From: Eledone cirrhosa
Taxonomy: Eukaryota
DNA length: 64,000 nt
Direction: 5' to 3'
Assembly: GCA_964016885.1 (NCBI GenBank)
Contig: OZ024746.1
Span: 98,828,001 to 98,892,000, forward strand
Part shown: positions 24,312-36,500 of the stretch, piece after piece
Numbering within the stretch: position 1 is the first letter of the stretch
Layout of the letters: every line of letters begins with the position of its first letter
Position numbers and translations under genes: made by a program
The notes under the pieces: generated by a model
What the model was told of the DNA's origin: nothing
What the model saw: only the letters and a program-made list of their open reading frames with translations
Database searches by the model: none

Positions 24312-24540
24312 TGATGATGATCATCATCATCATCGTTTTTCCATCTGTTTTTCCATGCTAGCATGGGTTGGACATGATGAATATGTTAATGATGTGCAGC
24401 ACTAACAGGACTAGTGTTAGCCCTGTGTTTGCAACTAGTAGAAATCATATTAGTTGTGCTTTTCATGATTTTGGCTGGGTTTTAATGGTTGGATGCCCTT
24501 CCTATCACCAACCACTTTACAGCGTGGACTGGGCGTTGTA
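24312..24540 (-). mobile_element. RTE-tailed SINE-like fragment
   Basis: (cat)n tail, ccatgctagcatgggttgg, ggatgcccttcct motifs. Confidence 0.6.
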
Positions 24541-24544
24541 TCAG

Positions 24545-26833
24545 TTTATATTTGGAGGAAACAGAGGCCAACCGGAAACGGAGGCCAACCTGGAGAAGAA
24601 AGATCTGGAAGCTGAAAGACCCCTCAGCCAGTAACAGATTTAAAGATATTTTACTCAACGCCTACGACAGTAAAGAAGAACAGATCGAGACATTCAATGT
24701 AGAAGAGCACTGGGAGTTCCTAAAAAATAACTTACTAGAAGCGACGGATGAGATCTGTGGCTGGAGTAAGACCACAAGCAGGAGGAGAGTGACTTGGTGG
24801 TGGAACAATAAGGTAGATGAGGCAGTTAAGGCCAAGAGACAGGCATGGAAAGAATGGAAGAATGGGGGAAGCAGGGTACATTACATAGAGACCAAGAGGG
24901 AAGCTAGGCAACAAGTATACTTAGCTAGGAGGGAAGCAGAGGATAGAAAATTCAAGCATGTTTTGCAACGTGAGGACCAGAAACAAGAGGTGTTTAAGAT
25001 TGCGAGGCAGTGTGTCAGAGAGAGTTGTGATGTCATTGGAGAGAAGTGTATCCAGAATGATAAAGGTGAGCTTGCTCTCACAAGTGCTGAGAAGAAAGAT
25101 GCATGGAAGAGCCATTATTATAGATTACTAAATGAGGAGAATGCATGGGAAGAAGAGACCCTACCCCAAGTAGACCCTATAGAGGGGCCAGCAGTACAAG
25201 TCAGCAGCAGCGTAGTAAGTAAGGCAATCAAAGATATGAAGATGGGGAAGGCAACCAGTCCATCGGGTATAGCTGCTGAGATGCTGAAGGCATCTGGGTC
25301 TGTAGATCACACTATAACCACACGTATTGTTAACCAGGTAATACTAGAAGGTGCCATACCAAAAGATTGGTGCAGTAGTATCATTGTCAACTACTACAAA
25401 GGTAAAGGTGATGCACTAGATAGAGGTATAAAGCTGATGGACCAGGTCATGAAAGTAACAGAGAGTCATAGCACAGTTGATTAGGGACCGGGTGACACTA
25501 GATGAGATGCAATTTGGGTTTGTACCAGGAAGAGGCACCACTGATGCCCTCTTTCTTGTGAGGCAGTTACAGGAAAAGTACTTAGCTAAAAGAAAGCCAC
25601 TCTACTTGGCATTCGTCGATCTCGAGAAAGACTTTGACAGAGTTCCATGTGCTATAATCTGGTGGGCTCTTAGAAAACTAGGAGTTGATGAATAGCTTGT
25701 GAAAGCGGTACAAGCCATGTATAGGGGAGCAGTCAGCAAAGTTAGGATTAGCAATGAGTATAGCGAGGAATTTAGCGTACAGGTTGGTGTCCACCAGGGC
25801 TCTGTTCTTAGCCCTCTCCTGTTCATCATAGTCCTGCAGGCAATAACGGAGGAGTTTAAGACCGGATGCCCATGGGAACTCCTGTATGCAGATGACCTCG
25901 CACTTATAGCTGAATCTATGGTAGAACTAGAGAAGAAATTCCAAACTTGGAAGCAGGGACTAGAAAGAAAGGGTCTCAAAGTCAACCTGACAAAGACTAA
26001 GGTCTTTGTTAGAAGACTACAAAACAGAACCCAGATCCCCTCAGGGAAATGGCCTTGCTCAGTATGTAGGAATTCCATCCTCTGCCCAAAATGCAAACAA
26101 TGGGTACACAAGAGATGTAGCGGGATCTCAGGAAGCTTAATTAAGAATGTAGGCTTCACATGTAGCAGCTGTGCTGGGACAGCAAGCAGCAAACAGCCAC
26201 AGGAAACAAGTACCACCAATCTCTGGGAGGGCTCTGTAGAAACAGTAGACAGCTTCTGCTACCTAGGTAACCGAATTAGCAGCGGGGTTGAGTGTTCAGA
26301 AAGTACAATAACTAGGGTAAGAATGGGATGGAAGAAGTTCAGGAAACTACTGCCACTGCTAGCTGCAAAAGGCTTTTCCCTCAAAATGAAAGACAGACTG
26401 TATGATGCGTGTATACGAACAGCAATGTTACATGGTAGTAAGACCTGGGCGCTGAAGGTGGAAGACTTACGTAGATTAGAAAGAAACGAAGCCTGCATGC
26501 TCCGATGAATGTGTAATAGTAATATATGCGAACGGCAAAGCATAAATGAATTGAGAGAGACTGAGCATAAGAGGAATCAAATGCTGTGTGCAGGAGAGGT
26601 GGTTGCGTTGGTATGGACATGTGATGCGTATGAAGAATGACAGCTGCATAAAAAGGTGCAGAGCACTAGAAGTTGATGGAAACCGCGGAGTGGGGAGACC
26701 CAAGAAGACCAGGGATGAGGTGATAAAAGCCGACCTTACCCAATTACACCTCTCAAAGGCGATGACAGATGACCGTGACCTCTGGCGTCACGCAGTAATA
26801 CAGAGTACCCGAACTCCCATGGGTACAAGCTGA
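24545..26833 (+). mobile_element. RTE-clade LINE, 5'-truncated, RT + PHD finger + C-terminus, pseudogenised
   Basis: TWWWN, QFGFVPGRGTTDA, GVHQGSVLSPLLF, LLYADDL, VDSFCYLG, RWYGHV, GRPKKT; related to 1483-3240. Confidence 0.97.
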
Positions 26834-26859
26834 AGCATATAGACAATATGCCCCCACAC

Positions 26860-27142
26860 CCCCCACCGCAAGGTGGTCGTGGAGGTGTCACGGCAAAAAA
26901 GCACCCAACCCACACTGTAAAGTGGACGTGTAGGTGCCACGGAATAAAAGCACCCAGCACTCACTGTAAATGAGGTTGGTGTTAGGAAGGGCATCCAGCT
27001 GTAGAAATCAAGCCAGATCAGTTCCTGTATGAGCAAGGCATGGTCAGCCGACCAGACACTGCTCACAACAGGACAACCCATCTAACCCATGCTAACATGG
27101 AAGAACGGACGTAAAACAGTGATGATGATGATGATGATGATG
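26860..27142 (+). mobile_element. Family B SINE body plus RTE-type 3' tail (GAT)n directly after the LINE ORF
   Basis: Reverse complement of 50405-50570; tail aacccatgctaacatggaagaacggacgtaaaac-(gat)n. Confidence 0.75.
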
Positions 27143-27818
27143 ACTCCTAGATGGGTAGTATTCACTACAGCTTATGGAGCTGTGAGGAGGTGTTATGTAC
27201 CTGAAAACTGTTCTTTCTTTCTTTCATCACCTGCCCCACACTATAGTTGGGAAATGTTTTCCCCGAACTTGTGAAGCCTTATTCCCCAAAACTAGGGTTA
27301 GTCCGGCTGCTTGCTCTTCACACCAGTTGCCGTCGAGACCTCAGACGTCCTTGGACCCCATACTACCAAGTTCCTCTGTAAAATCAGAATGTCAGCAGCT
27401 CAATCTGAGGAAGGAGCCCTGTGGGGTAGGGTGGTCATTGTCTGCAGAAATACCTTTGCAGTTTTGTCCACAGGGCGCAGCCCAAACACCACCCCGCCTC
27501 AGGCATAGAACCCATCACCCTCTCCCTTCCCCCTCCCTTTCTTCCGTGGCCTCATAGTCCTTGCTTTTTCCTTCCTTTTCCTCCCATTTATGGTATTTAT
27601 AGTCCTTTCTCCTACTTTCCTATACAGTCAGATCTACTCTTCTTTACCCCTCCCTCCTCTGTTCGTTGCTTGGTTTTCGTTTTATCCTTCTTTTTTCTTT
27701 TTCTTTCATATTCCATCAATATTTGTAATCTTATTTATACACCTGTGAATCGATTTATTGTCTGTTATTTTATTTTATAACACGGAATACATGATTCACC
27801 TTAAAAAAAGAAAGAAAA
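27143..27818 (+). mobile_element. CRE-clade retrotransposon 3' part (RLE C-terminus, pyrimidine-rich 3' UTR, A-rich tail)
   Basis: LFTPVAVETSDVLGPHTTKFL...CRNTFAVL fits the FxPxAVETxG..QRGNA pattern of CRE-type RLE. Confidence 0.72.
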
Positions 27819-28058
27819 ATATATCATCATCATCATCATCGTCCATTTTCGATGATGATGATGATATATATATATATATGTAGCAGGGAAGAGCGGACGT
27901 AAAATGATGATATATATATATATATAGAGAGAGAGATATTGTATTGTCGATGCTGAATTAAAGTATCTCAAAGTGTTATGTGTACAATACTGTGTCCCAT
28001 TCTGTTTAATATTTTCACTACTTATACCAAACTAGTGAGGCAACAAACCACTGTTGTG

Positions 28059-28326
28059 GCAGGGTTGGATTTAGACGGGGGTGGGCTTCAGGTTTGGGGG
28101 CCCCCCTCATATACAAAAAATTAGAATACACTACAAACCTCCCAATTTTACATATCAAAGTTAGCTACATACAGGTATTAAATTAAAAAATTCTAACCAT
28201 CCTAAAACTCAAAAGCCCAGTTGAGGGCACAAATAAATTTCTACAGCCATCGTTGGTGAGGCCCTACCTCTGCAGGGGGCCCGTGGCAATTGCTTGCTCC
28301 CACCCCATCTATGAAATCCTGCTCTG
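28059..28326. mobile_element. hAT-like MITE (unexpanded relative of 13092-14340)
   Basis: Imperfect TIRs cagggttggattt / aaatcctgctctg; GGGCCC subterminal motifs. Confidence 0.65.
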
Positions 28327-28370
28327 CTGGTACCAACAGAGGATGAGTGTTGTTATTATTTTACTAAAAA

Positions 28371-30823
28371 GGGTGGTGGATTGGTAGTATTGGTAGAGGG
28401 TCGGACGCCATGCTAGGGTGGTGTATTGGTAGTATTGGTAGAGGGTCGGACGCCATGCTAGGGTGGTGTATTGGTAGTATTGGTAGAGGGTCGGACACCA
28501 TGCTAGGGTGGTGGATTGGTAGTATTGGTAGAGGGTCGGACGCCATGCTAGGGTGGTGGATTGGTAGTATTGGTAGAGGGTCGGACGCCATGCTAGGGTG
28601 GTGTATTGGTAGTATTGGTAGAGGGTCGGACACCATGCTAGGGTGGTGGATTGGTAGTATTGGTAGAGGGTCGGACGCCATGCTAGGGTGGTGGATTGGT
28701 AGTATTGGTAGAGGGTCGGACGCCATGCTAGGGTGGTGTATTGGTAGTATTGGTAGAGGGTCGGTCACCATGCTAGGGTGGTGGATTGGTAGTATTGGTA
28801 GAGGGTCGGACGCCATGCTAGGGTGGTGGATTGGTAGTATTGGTAGAGGGTCGGACGCCATGCTAGGGTGGTGTATTGGTAGTATTGGTAGAGGGTCGGA
28901 CGCCATGCTAGGGTGGTGTATTGGTAGTATTGGTAGAGGGTCGGACACCATGCTAGGGTGGTGGATTGGTAGTATTGGTAGAGGGTCGGACGCCATGCTA
29001 GGGTGGTGGATTGGTAGTATTGGTAGAGGGTCGGACGCCATGCTAGGGTGGTGTATTGGTAGTATTGGTAGAGGGTCGGACACCATGCTAGGGTGGTGGA
29101 TTGGTAGTATTGGTAGAGGGTCGGACGCCATGCTAGGGTGGTGGATTGGTAGTATTGGTAGAGGGTCGGACGCCATGCTAGGGTGGTGTATTGGTAGTAT
29201 TGGTAGAGGGTCGGACGCCATGCTAGGGTGGTGTATTGGTAGTATTGGTAGAGGGTCGGACACCATGCTAGGGTGGTGGATTGGTAGTATTGGTAGAGGG
29301 TCGGACGCCATGCTAGGGTGGTGGATTGGTAGTATTGGTAGAGGGTCGGACGCCATGCTAGGGTGGTGGATGGGTAGTATTGGTAGAGGGTCGGACGCCA
29401 TGCTAGGGTGGTGGATTGGTAGTATTGGTAGAGGGTCGGACGCTATGCTAGGGTGGTGGATGGGTAGTATTGGTAGAGGGTCGGACGCCATGCTAGGGTG
29501 GTGGATTGGTAGTATTGGTAGAGGGTCGGACACCATGCTAGGGTGGTGGATTGGTAGTATTGGTAGAGGGTCGGACACCATGCTAGGGTGGTGTATTGGT
29601 AGTATTGGTAGAGGGTCGGACGCCATGCTAGGGTGGTGGATGGGTAGTATTGGTAGAGGGTCGGACGCCATGCTAGGGTGGTGGATTGGTAGTATTGGTA
29701 GAGGGTCGGACGCTATGCTAGGGTGGTGGATTGGTAGTATTGGTAGAGGGTCGGACGCCATGCTAGGGTGGTGGATTGGTAGTATTGGTAGAGGGTCGGA
29801 CGCCATGCTAGGGTGGTGGATTGGTAGTATTGGTAGAGGGTCAGACGCCATGCTAGGGTGGTGGATTGGTAGTATTGGTAGAGGGTCGGACACCATGCTA
29901 GGGTGGTGGATTGGTAGTATTGGTAGAGGGTCGGACACCATGCTAGGGTGGTGTATTGGTAGTATTGGTAGAGGGTCGGACGCCATGCTAGGGTGGTGGA
30001 TTGGTAGTATTGGTAGAGGGTCGGACACCATGCTAGGGTGGTGGATTGGTAGTATTGGTAGAGGGTCGGACACCATGCTAGGGTGGTGGATTGGTAGTAT
30101 TGGTAGAGGGTCAGACGCCATGCTAGGGTGGTGGATTGGTAGTATTGGTAGAGGGTCGGACGCCATGCTAGGGTGGTGGATTGGTAGTATTGGTAGAGGG
30201 TCGGACACCATGCTAGGGTGGTGGATTGGTAGTATTGGTAGAGGGTCGGACGCCATGCTAGGGTGGTGGATTGGTAGTATTGGTAGAGGGTCAGACGCCA
30301 TGCTAGGGTGGTGGATTGGTAGTATTGGTAGAGGGTCGGACGCCACGCTAGGGTGGTGTATTGGTAGTATTGGTAGAGGGTCGGACGCTATGCTAGGGTG
30401 GTGGATTGGTAGTATTGGTAGAGGGTCGGACACCATGCTAGGGTGGTGGATTGGTAGTATTGGTAGAGGGTCGGACGCCATGCTAGGGTGGTGGATTGGT
30501 AGTATTGGTAGAGGGTCAGACGCCATGCTAGGGTGGTGGATTGGTAGTATTGGTAGAGGGTCGGACACCATGCTAGGGTGGTGGATTGGTAGTATTGGTA
30601 GAGGGTCGGACACCATGCTAGGGTGGTGTATTGGTAGTATTGGTAGAGGGTCGGACGCCATGCTAGGGTGGTGGATGGGTAGTATTGGTAGAGGGTCGGA
30701 CGCCATGCTAGGGTGGTGGATTGGTAGTATTGGTAGAGGGTCGGACGCCATGCTAGGGTGGTGGATTGGCAGTATTGGTAGAGGGTCGGACGCCACGCTA
30801 GGGTGGTGTATTGGTAGTATTGG
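28371..30823 (+). repeat. 45-bp minisatellite derived from the family A SINE head, ~54 copies
   Basis: Unit gggtggtggattggtagtattggtagagggtcggacgccatgcta versus SINE 5' end gggcggtggattggcagtatcggtagagggtcggacgccatgct. Confidence 0.97.
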
Positions 30824-31166
30824 TCGTTATGATCAGCACACTCTATGATCAGCACACTCTACGGTCAAAAGATTTAGTTTTGCAGTGACCATCTCACACC
30901 CCCGTTTAGGTTCAAATTCTTTAATGTGCCCTTATCATTTCTTAAAGCAGCTAGGAGTGATTTCAGGGAGATTTGGCTGCTACTTCTAGCAGGTTGAATG
31001 ATTGTGGCAAGGCAAGGCTTCTTCAAAGACATGAGTTGATGGTGGTGGTTGAGGTGGTGGTAGTGGTAGTGGTAGTAGTAGTAGTAGTAGTAGTAGTAGG
31101 AATGGTGGTGGTGGTAGTAGTAGTAGTAGTAGTAATGGTGGTGGTGGTAGTAGTAGTAGTAGCAGT

Positions 31167-31646
31167 CATCATCTGGTGGCCTCAGCTGAAATGGACTCCA
31201 CAATTGATCTCCACCTGGGTCTGTTGTTCATTGCCGTTGCCAAGTCCTGGATTTCAATACCAGAATCTCTGGAGATGACATAGGAGGGCTTGTGTCCCCT
31301 GTTATTAGTGACTGCTTGAGGTTTCCAAAGCGCTAATAGGGACACAGCCTCGTAGGTGGTACGATGGCAGTGACAGCAAATCTTACTCTGCTCTTACAAC
31401 GACAGATATGTGTGGGAGGCTGGCATATATTTACTTTCAAAGTCAGATGTCGCCAGCTTATGTTCTGAATGCATTGAAGCAGGCAAGTGTAAGTACCATC
31501 AAGGTAGTAGTAGTAGTGTAAGTACCATCAAGGTAGTAGTAGTAGTGTAAGTACCATCAAGGTAGTAGTAGTAGTGTAAGTACCATCAAGGTAGTAGTAG
31601 TAGTGTAAGTACCATCAAGGTAGTAGTAGTAGTAGTAGTGGTAGTG

Positions 31647-31685
<39 letters not shown>

Positions 31686-31686
31686 T

Positions 31687-31718
<32 letters not shown>

Positions 31719-31719
31719 T

Positions 31720-31751
<32 letters not shown>

Positions 31752-31758
31752 TTAGTAA

Positions 31759-31796
<38 letters not shown>

Positions 31797-31797
31797 T

Positions 31798-31832
<35 letters not shown>

Positions 31833-31833
31833 T

Positions 31834-31874
<41 letters not shown>

Positions 31875-31875
31875 T

Positions 31876-31910
<35 letters not shown>

Positions 31911-31971
31911 TTAGTAGTAGTAGTAGTAGTAGTAGTAGTGTTAGTAGTAGTAGTAGTAGTAGTAGTAGTGT

Positions 31972-32021
<50 letters not shown>

Positions 32022-32049
32022 TTAGTAGTAGTAGTAGTAGTAGTAGTGT

Positions 32050-32087
<38 letters not shown>

Positions 32088-32088
32088 T

Positions 32089-32126
<38 letters not shown>

Positions 32127-32154
32127 TTAGTAGTAGTAGTAGTAGTAGTAGTGT

Positions 32155-32186
<32 letters not shown>

Positions 32187-32187
32187 T

Positions 32188-32231
<44 letters not shown>

Positions 32232-32289
32232 TTAGTAGTAGTAGTAGTAGTAGTAGTGTTAGTAGTAGTAGTAGTAGTAGTAGTAGTGT

Positions 32290-32363
<74 letters not shown>

Positions 32364-32391
32364 TTAGTAGTAGTAGTAGTAGTAGTAGTGT

Positions 32392-32423
<32 letters not shown>

Positions 32424-32424
32424 T

Positions 32425-32480
<56 letters not shown>

Positions 32481-32481
32481 T

Positions 32482-32528
<47 letters not shown>

Positions 32529-32529
32529 T

Positions 32530-32573
<44 letters not shown>

Positions 32574-32574
32574 T

Positions 32575-32606
<32 letters not shown>

Positions 32607-32625
32607 TTAGTAGTAGTAGTAGTGT

Positions 32626-32663
<38 letters not shown>

Positions 32664-32677
32664 TTAGTAGTAGTAGC

Positions 32678-32717
<40 letters not shown>

Positions 32718-32718
32718 T

Positions 32719-32762
<44 letters not shown>

Positions 32763-32785
32763 TTAGTAGTAGTAGTAGTAGTAGC

Positions 32786-32834
<49 letters not shown>

Positions 32835-32835
32835 T

Positions 32836-32882
<47 letters not shown>

Positions 32883-33332
32883 TAAGTGCCATCAAGGTGC
32901 TTTTGTTGTTTGGATGAAAGCACCTATGTTTCACTTCCATATAGCAAATTGACAAAATCAATAATAAAGGTATAACCATCAAACCCCGCATGAGCTCTAG
33001 GCACCCCTCTAAACACCTCACTGACCTTGACTTTGCAGATGACATTGCACTTCTTGCAGATTGCCTAGAAAATGTGCAACAACCTTTGACATCTCTCCAC
33101 GAAACAGCCGCCCTCGTTGGTCTTCATCTCTACAAGGGTAAAACAGAGAACATAGCAAACTGTACAGGCAATAACCTCAAAGCAATCAACGGCAGTGATA
33201 TCAAGCAAGGATTTCAAGCATCTTGGGTCCTGGATCATGGACTCTGGGAAGGATTTTGCCACCAGAAAGGCCCAAGTATGGTCAGCTTGCAACAAGATGG
33301 AGTTTGGCACTCAAATCTTTCCAACCACACCA
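31167..33332 (-). mobile_element. RTE-like LINE 3' portion with inverted 5' segment, split by a (TAG)n expansion
   Basis: Minus strand: LLYGSET*VLS..HLDGTYT..QNISW through to the 3' end at 31167; plus strand 32962-33332: TDLDFADDIALL, GLHLYKGKTE, DFKHLGSWI. Confidence 0.85.
31486..32881. repeat. Five 29-bp units followed by a 1.26-kb (TAG)n tract punctuated by GTT
   Basis: agtgtaagtaccatcaaggt(agt)3 x5, then (agt)n-gtt blocks. Confidence 0.95.
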
Positions 33333-33408
33333 ATAGTAATAGTATTAGTAGCAGTAGTAGCAGTAGTAGTGGTTGTAGTGGTTGTCGTTGTTGTTGTTGT
33401 TGCTGTTG

Positions 33409-33474
<66 letters not shown>

Positions 33475-33549
33475 GTTTTGGCCATGATGAGAAGTGATTG
33501 AAAACATTGTTGTTGAAGATAGTAGCCAGGTTAGAGGTGATGTTAAATA

Positions 33550-36500
33550 TATTGTTAGTGGTGGTGTTGGTAGTAGTAGTAGTGATAGTAGTATTGTTAG
33601 TGGTGGTGGTGGTGGTAGTAGTAGTAGTGATAGTAGTATTGTTAGTGGTGGTGTTGGTGGTAGTAGTAGTAGTGATAGTAGTATTGTTAGTGGTGGTGTT
33701 GGTAGTAGTAGTAGTGATAGTAGTATTGTTAGTGGTGGTGTTGGTGGTAGTAGTAGTAGTGATAGTAGTATTGTTAGTGGTGGTGTTGGTGGTAGTAGTA
33801 GTAGTGATAGTAGTATTGTTAGTGGTGGTGTTGGTGGTAGTAGTAGTAGTGATAGTAGTATTGTTAGTGGTGGTGTTGGTAGTAGTAGTAGTGATAGTAG
33901 TATTGTTAGTGGTGGTGTTGGTGGTAGTAGTAGTAGTGATAGTAGTATTGTTAGTGGTGGTGTTGGTGGTAGTAGTAGTAGTGATAGTAGTATTGTTAGT
34001 GGTGGTGTTGGTGGTAGTAGTAGTAGTGATAGTAGTATTGTTAGTGGTGGTGTTGGTGGTAGTAGTAGTAGTGATAGTAGTATTGTTAGTGGTGGTGTTG
34101 GTGGTAGTAGTGATAGTAGTATTGTTAGTGGTGGTGTTGGTGGTAGTAGTAGTAGTGATAGTAGTATTGTTAGTGGTGGTGTTGGTGGTAGTAGTAGTAG
34201 TGATAGTAGTATTGTTAGTGGTGGTGTTGGTAGTGGTAGTAGTAGTGATAGTAGTATTGATAGTGGTGGTGTTGGTAGTGGTAGTAGTAGTGATAGTAGT
34301 ATTGTTAGTGGTGGTGGTGGTAATAGTAGTAGTGATAGTAGTTTTGTTAGTGGTGGTGTTGGTGGTAGTAGTGATAGTAGTATTGTTAGTGGTGGTGTTG
34401 GTGGTAGTAGTAGTAGTGATAGTAGTATTGTTAGTGGTGGTGTTGGTGGTAGTAGTAGTAGTGATAGTAGTATTGTTAGTGGTGGTGTTGGTAGTGGTAG
34501 TAGTAGTGATAGTAGTATTGATAGTGGTGGTGTTGGTAGTGGTAGTAGTAGTGATAGTAGTATTGTTAGTGGTGGTGTTGGTGGTAGTAGTAGTGATAGT
34601 AGTATTGTTAGTGGTGGTGTTGGTGGTAGTAGTAGTAGTGATAGTAGTATTGTTAGTGGTGGTGGTGGTAATAGTAGTAGTGATAGTAGTATTGTTAGTG
34701 GTGGTGTTGGTGGTAGTAGTAGTGATAGTAGTATTGTTAGTGGTGGTGTTGGTGGTAGTAGTAGTAGTGATAGTAGTATTGTTAGTGGTGGTGGTGGTAA
34801 TAGTAGTAGTGATAGTAGTATTGTTAGTGGTGGTGGTGGTAATAGTAGTAGTGATAGTAGTTTTGTTAGTGGTGGTGTTGGTGGTAGTAGTAGTAGTGAT
34901 AGTAGTATTGTTAGTGGTGGTGTTGGTGGTAGTAGTAGTAGTGATAGTAGTATTGTTAGTGGTGGTGTTGGTGGTAGTGGTAGTAGTAGTGATAGTAGTA
35001 TTGTTAGTGGTGGTGGTGGTAGTGGTAGTAGTAGTGATAGTAGTATTGTTAGTGGTGGTGTTGGTGGTAGTAGTAGTAGTGATAGTAGTATTGTTAGTGG
35101 TGGTGTTGGTGGTAGTAGTAGTAGTGATAGTAGTATTGTTAGTGGTGGTGTTGGTGGTAGTAGTAGTAGTGATAGTAGTATTGTTAGTGGTGGTGGTGGT
35201 AGTAGTAGTAGTGATAGTAGTATTGTTAGTGGTGGTGTTGGTGGTAGTAGTAGTAGTGATAGTAGTATTGTTAGTGGTGGTGTTGGTGTTAGTAGTAGTA
35301 GTGATAGTAGTATTGTTAGTGGTGGTGTTGGTGGTAGTAGTAGTAGTGATAGTAGTATTGTTAGTGGTGGTGGTGGTAGTAGTAGTAGTGATAGTAGTAT
35401 TGTTAGTGGTGGTGTTGGTGGTAGTAGTAGTAGTGATAGTAGTATTGTTAGTGGTGGTGTTGGTGGTAGTAGTAGTAGTGATAGTAGTATTGTTAGTGGT
35501 GGTGTTGGTGGTAGTAGTAGTAGTGATAGTAGTATTGTTAGTGGTGGTGTTGGTGGTAGTAGTAGTAGTGATAGTAGTATTGTTAGTGGTGGTAGTAGTA
35601 GTAGTGATAGTAGTATTGTTAGTGGTGGTAGTAGTAGTAGTGATAGTAGTATTGTTAGTGGTGGTAGTAGTAGTAGTGATAGTAGTATTGTTAGTGGTGG
35701 TAGTAGTAGTAGTGATAGTAGTATTGTTAGTGGTGGTGTTGGTGGTAGTAGTAGTAGTGATAGTAGTATTGTTAGTGGTGGTGTTGGTGGTAGTAGTAGT
35801 AGTGATAGTAGTATTGTTAGTGGTGGTAGTAGTAGTAGTGATAGTAGTATTGTTAGTGGTGGTGTTGGTGGTAGTAGTAGTAGTGATAGTAGTATTGTTA
35901 GTGGTGGTGTTGGTGGTAGTAGTAGTAGTGATAGTAGTATTGTTAGTGGTGGTGTTGGTAGTGGTAGTAGTAGTGATAGTAGTATTGTTAGTGGTGGTGT
36001 TGGTGGTAGTAGTAGTGATAGTAGTATTGTTAGTGGTGGTGTTGGTGGTAGTAGTAGTAGTGATAGTAGTATTGTTAGTGGTGGTGTTGGTGGTAGTGGT
36101 AGTAGTGATAGTAGTATTGTTAGTGGTGGTGTTGGTGGTAGTAGTAGTAGTGATAGTAGTATTGTTAGTGGTGGTGTTGGTGTAGTAGTAGTAGTGATAG
36201 TAGTATTGTTAGTGGTGGTGGTGGTAGTAGTAGTAGTGATAGTAGTATTGTTAGTGGTGGTGTTGGTGGTAGTAGTAGTAGTGATAGTAGTATTGTTAGT
36301 GGTGGTGTTGGTGGTAGTGGTAGTAGTGATAGTAGTATTGTTAGTGGTGGTGTTGGTGGTAGTAGTAGTAGTGATAGTAGTATTGTTAGTGGTGGTGTTG
36401 GTGTTAGTAGTAGTAGTGATAGTAGTATTGTTAGTGGTGGTGTTGGTGGTAGTAGTAGTAGTGATAGTAGTATTGTTAGTGGTGGTGTTGGTGGTAGTAG

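Noticed and set aside
28364-30848. 810-aa repeat ORFs on both strands
   Set aside because: 45-bp unit is a multiple of 3 and is recognisably SINE-derived
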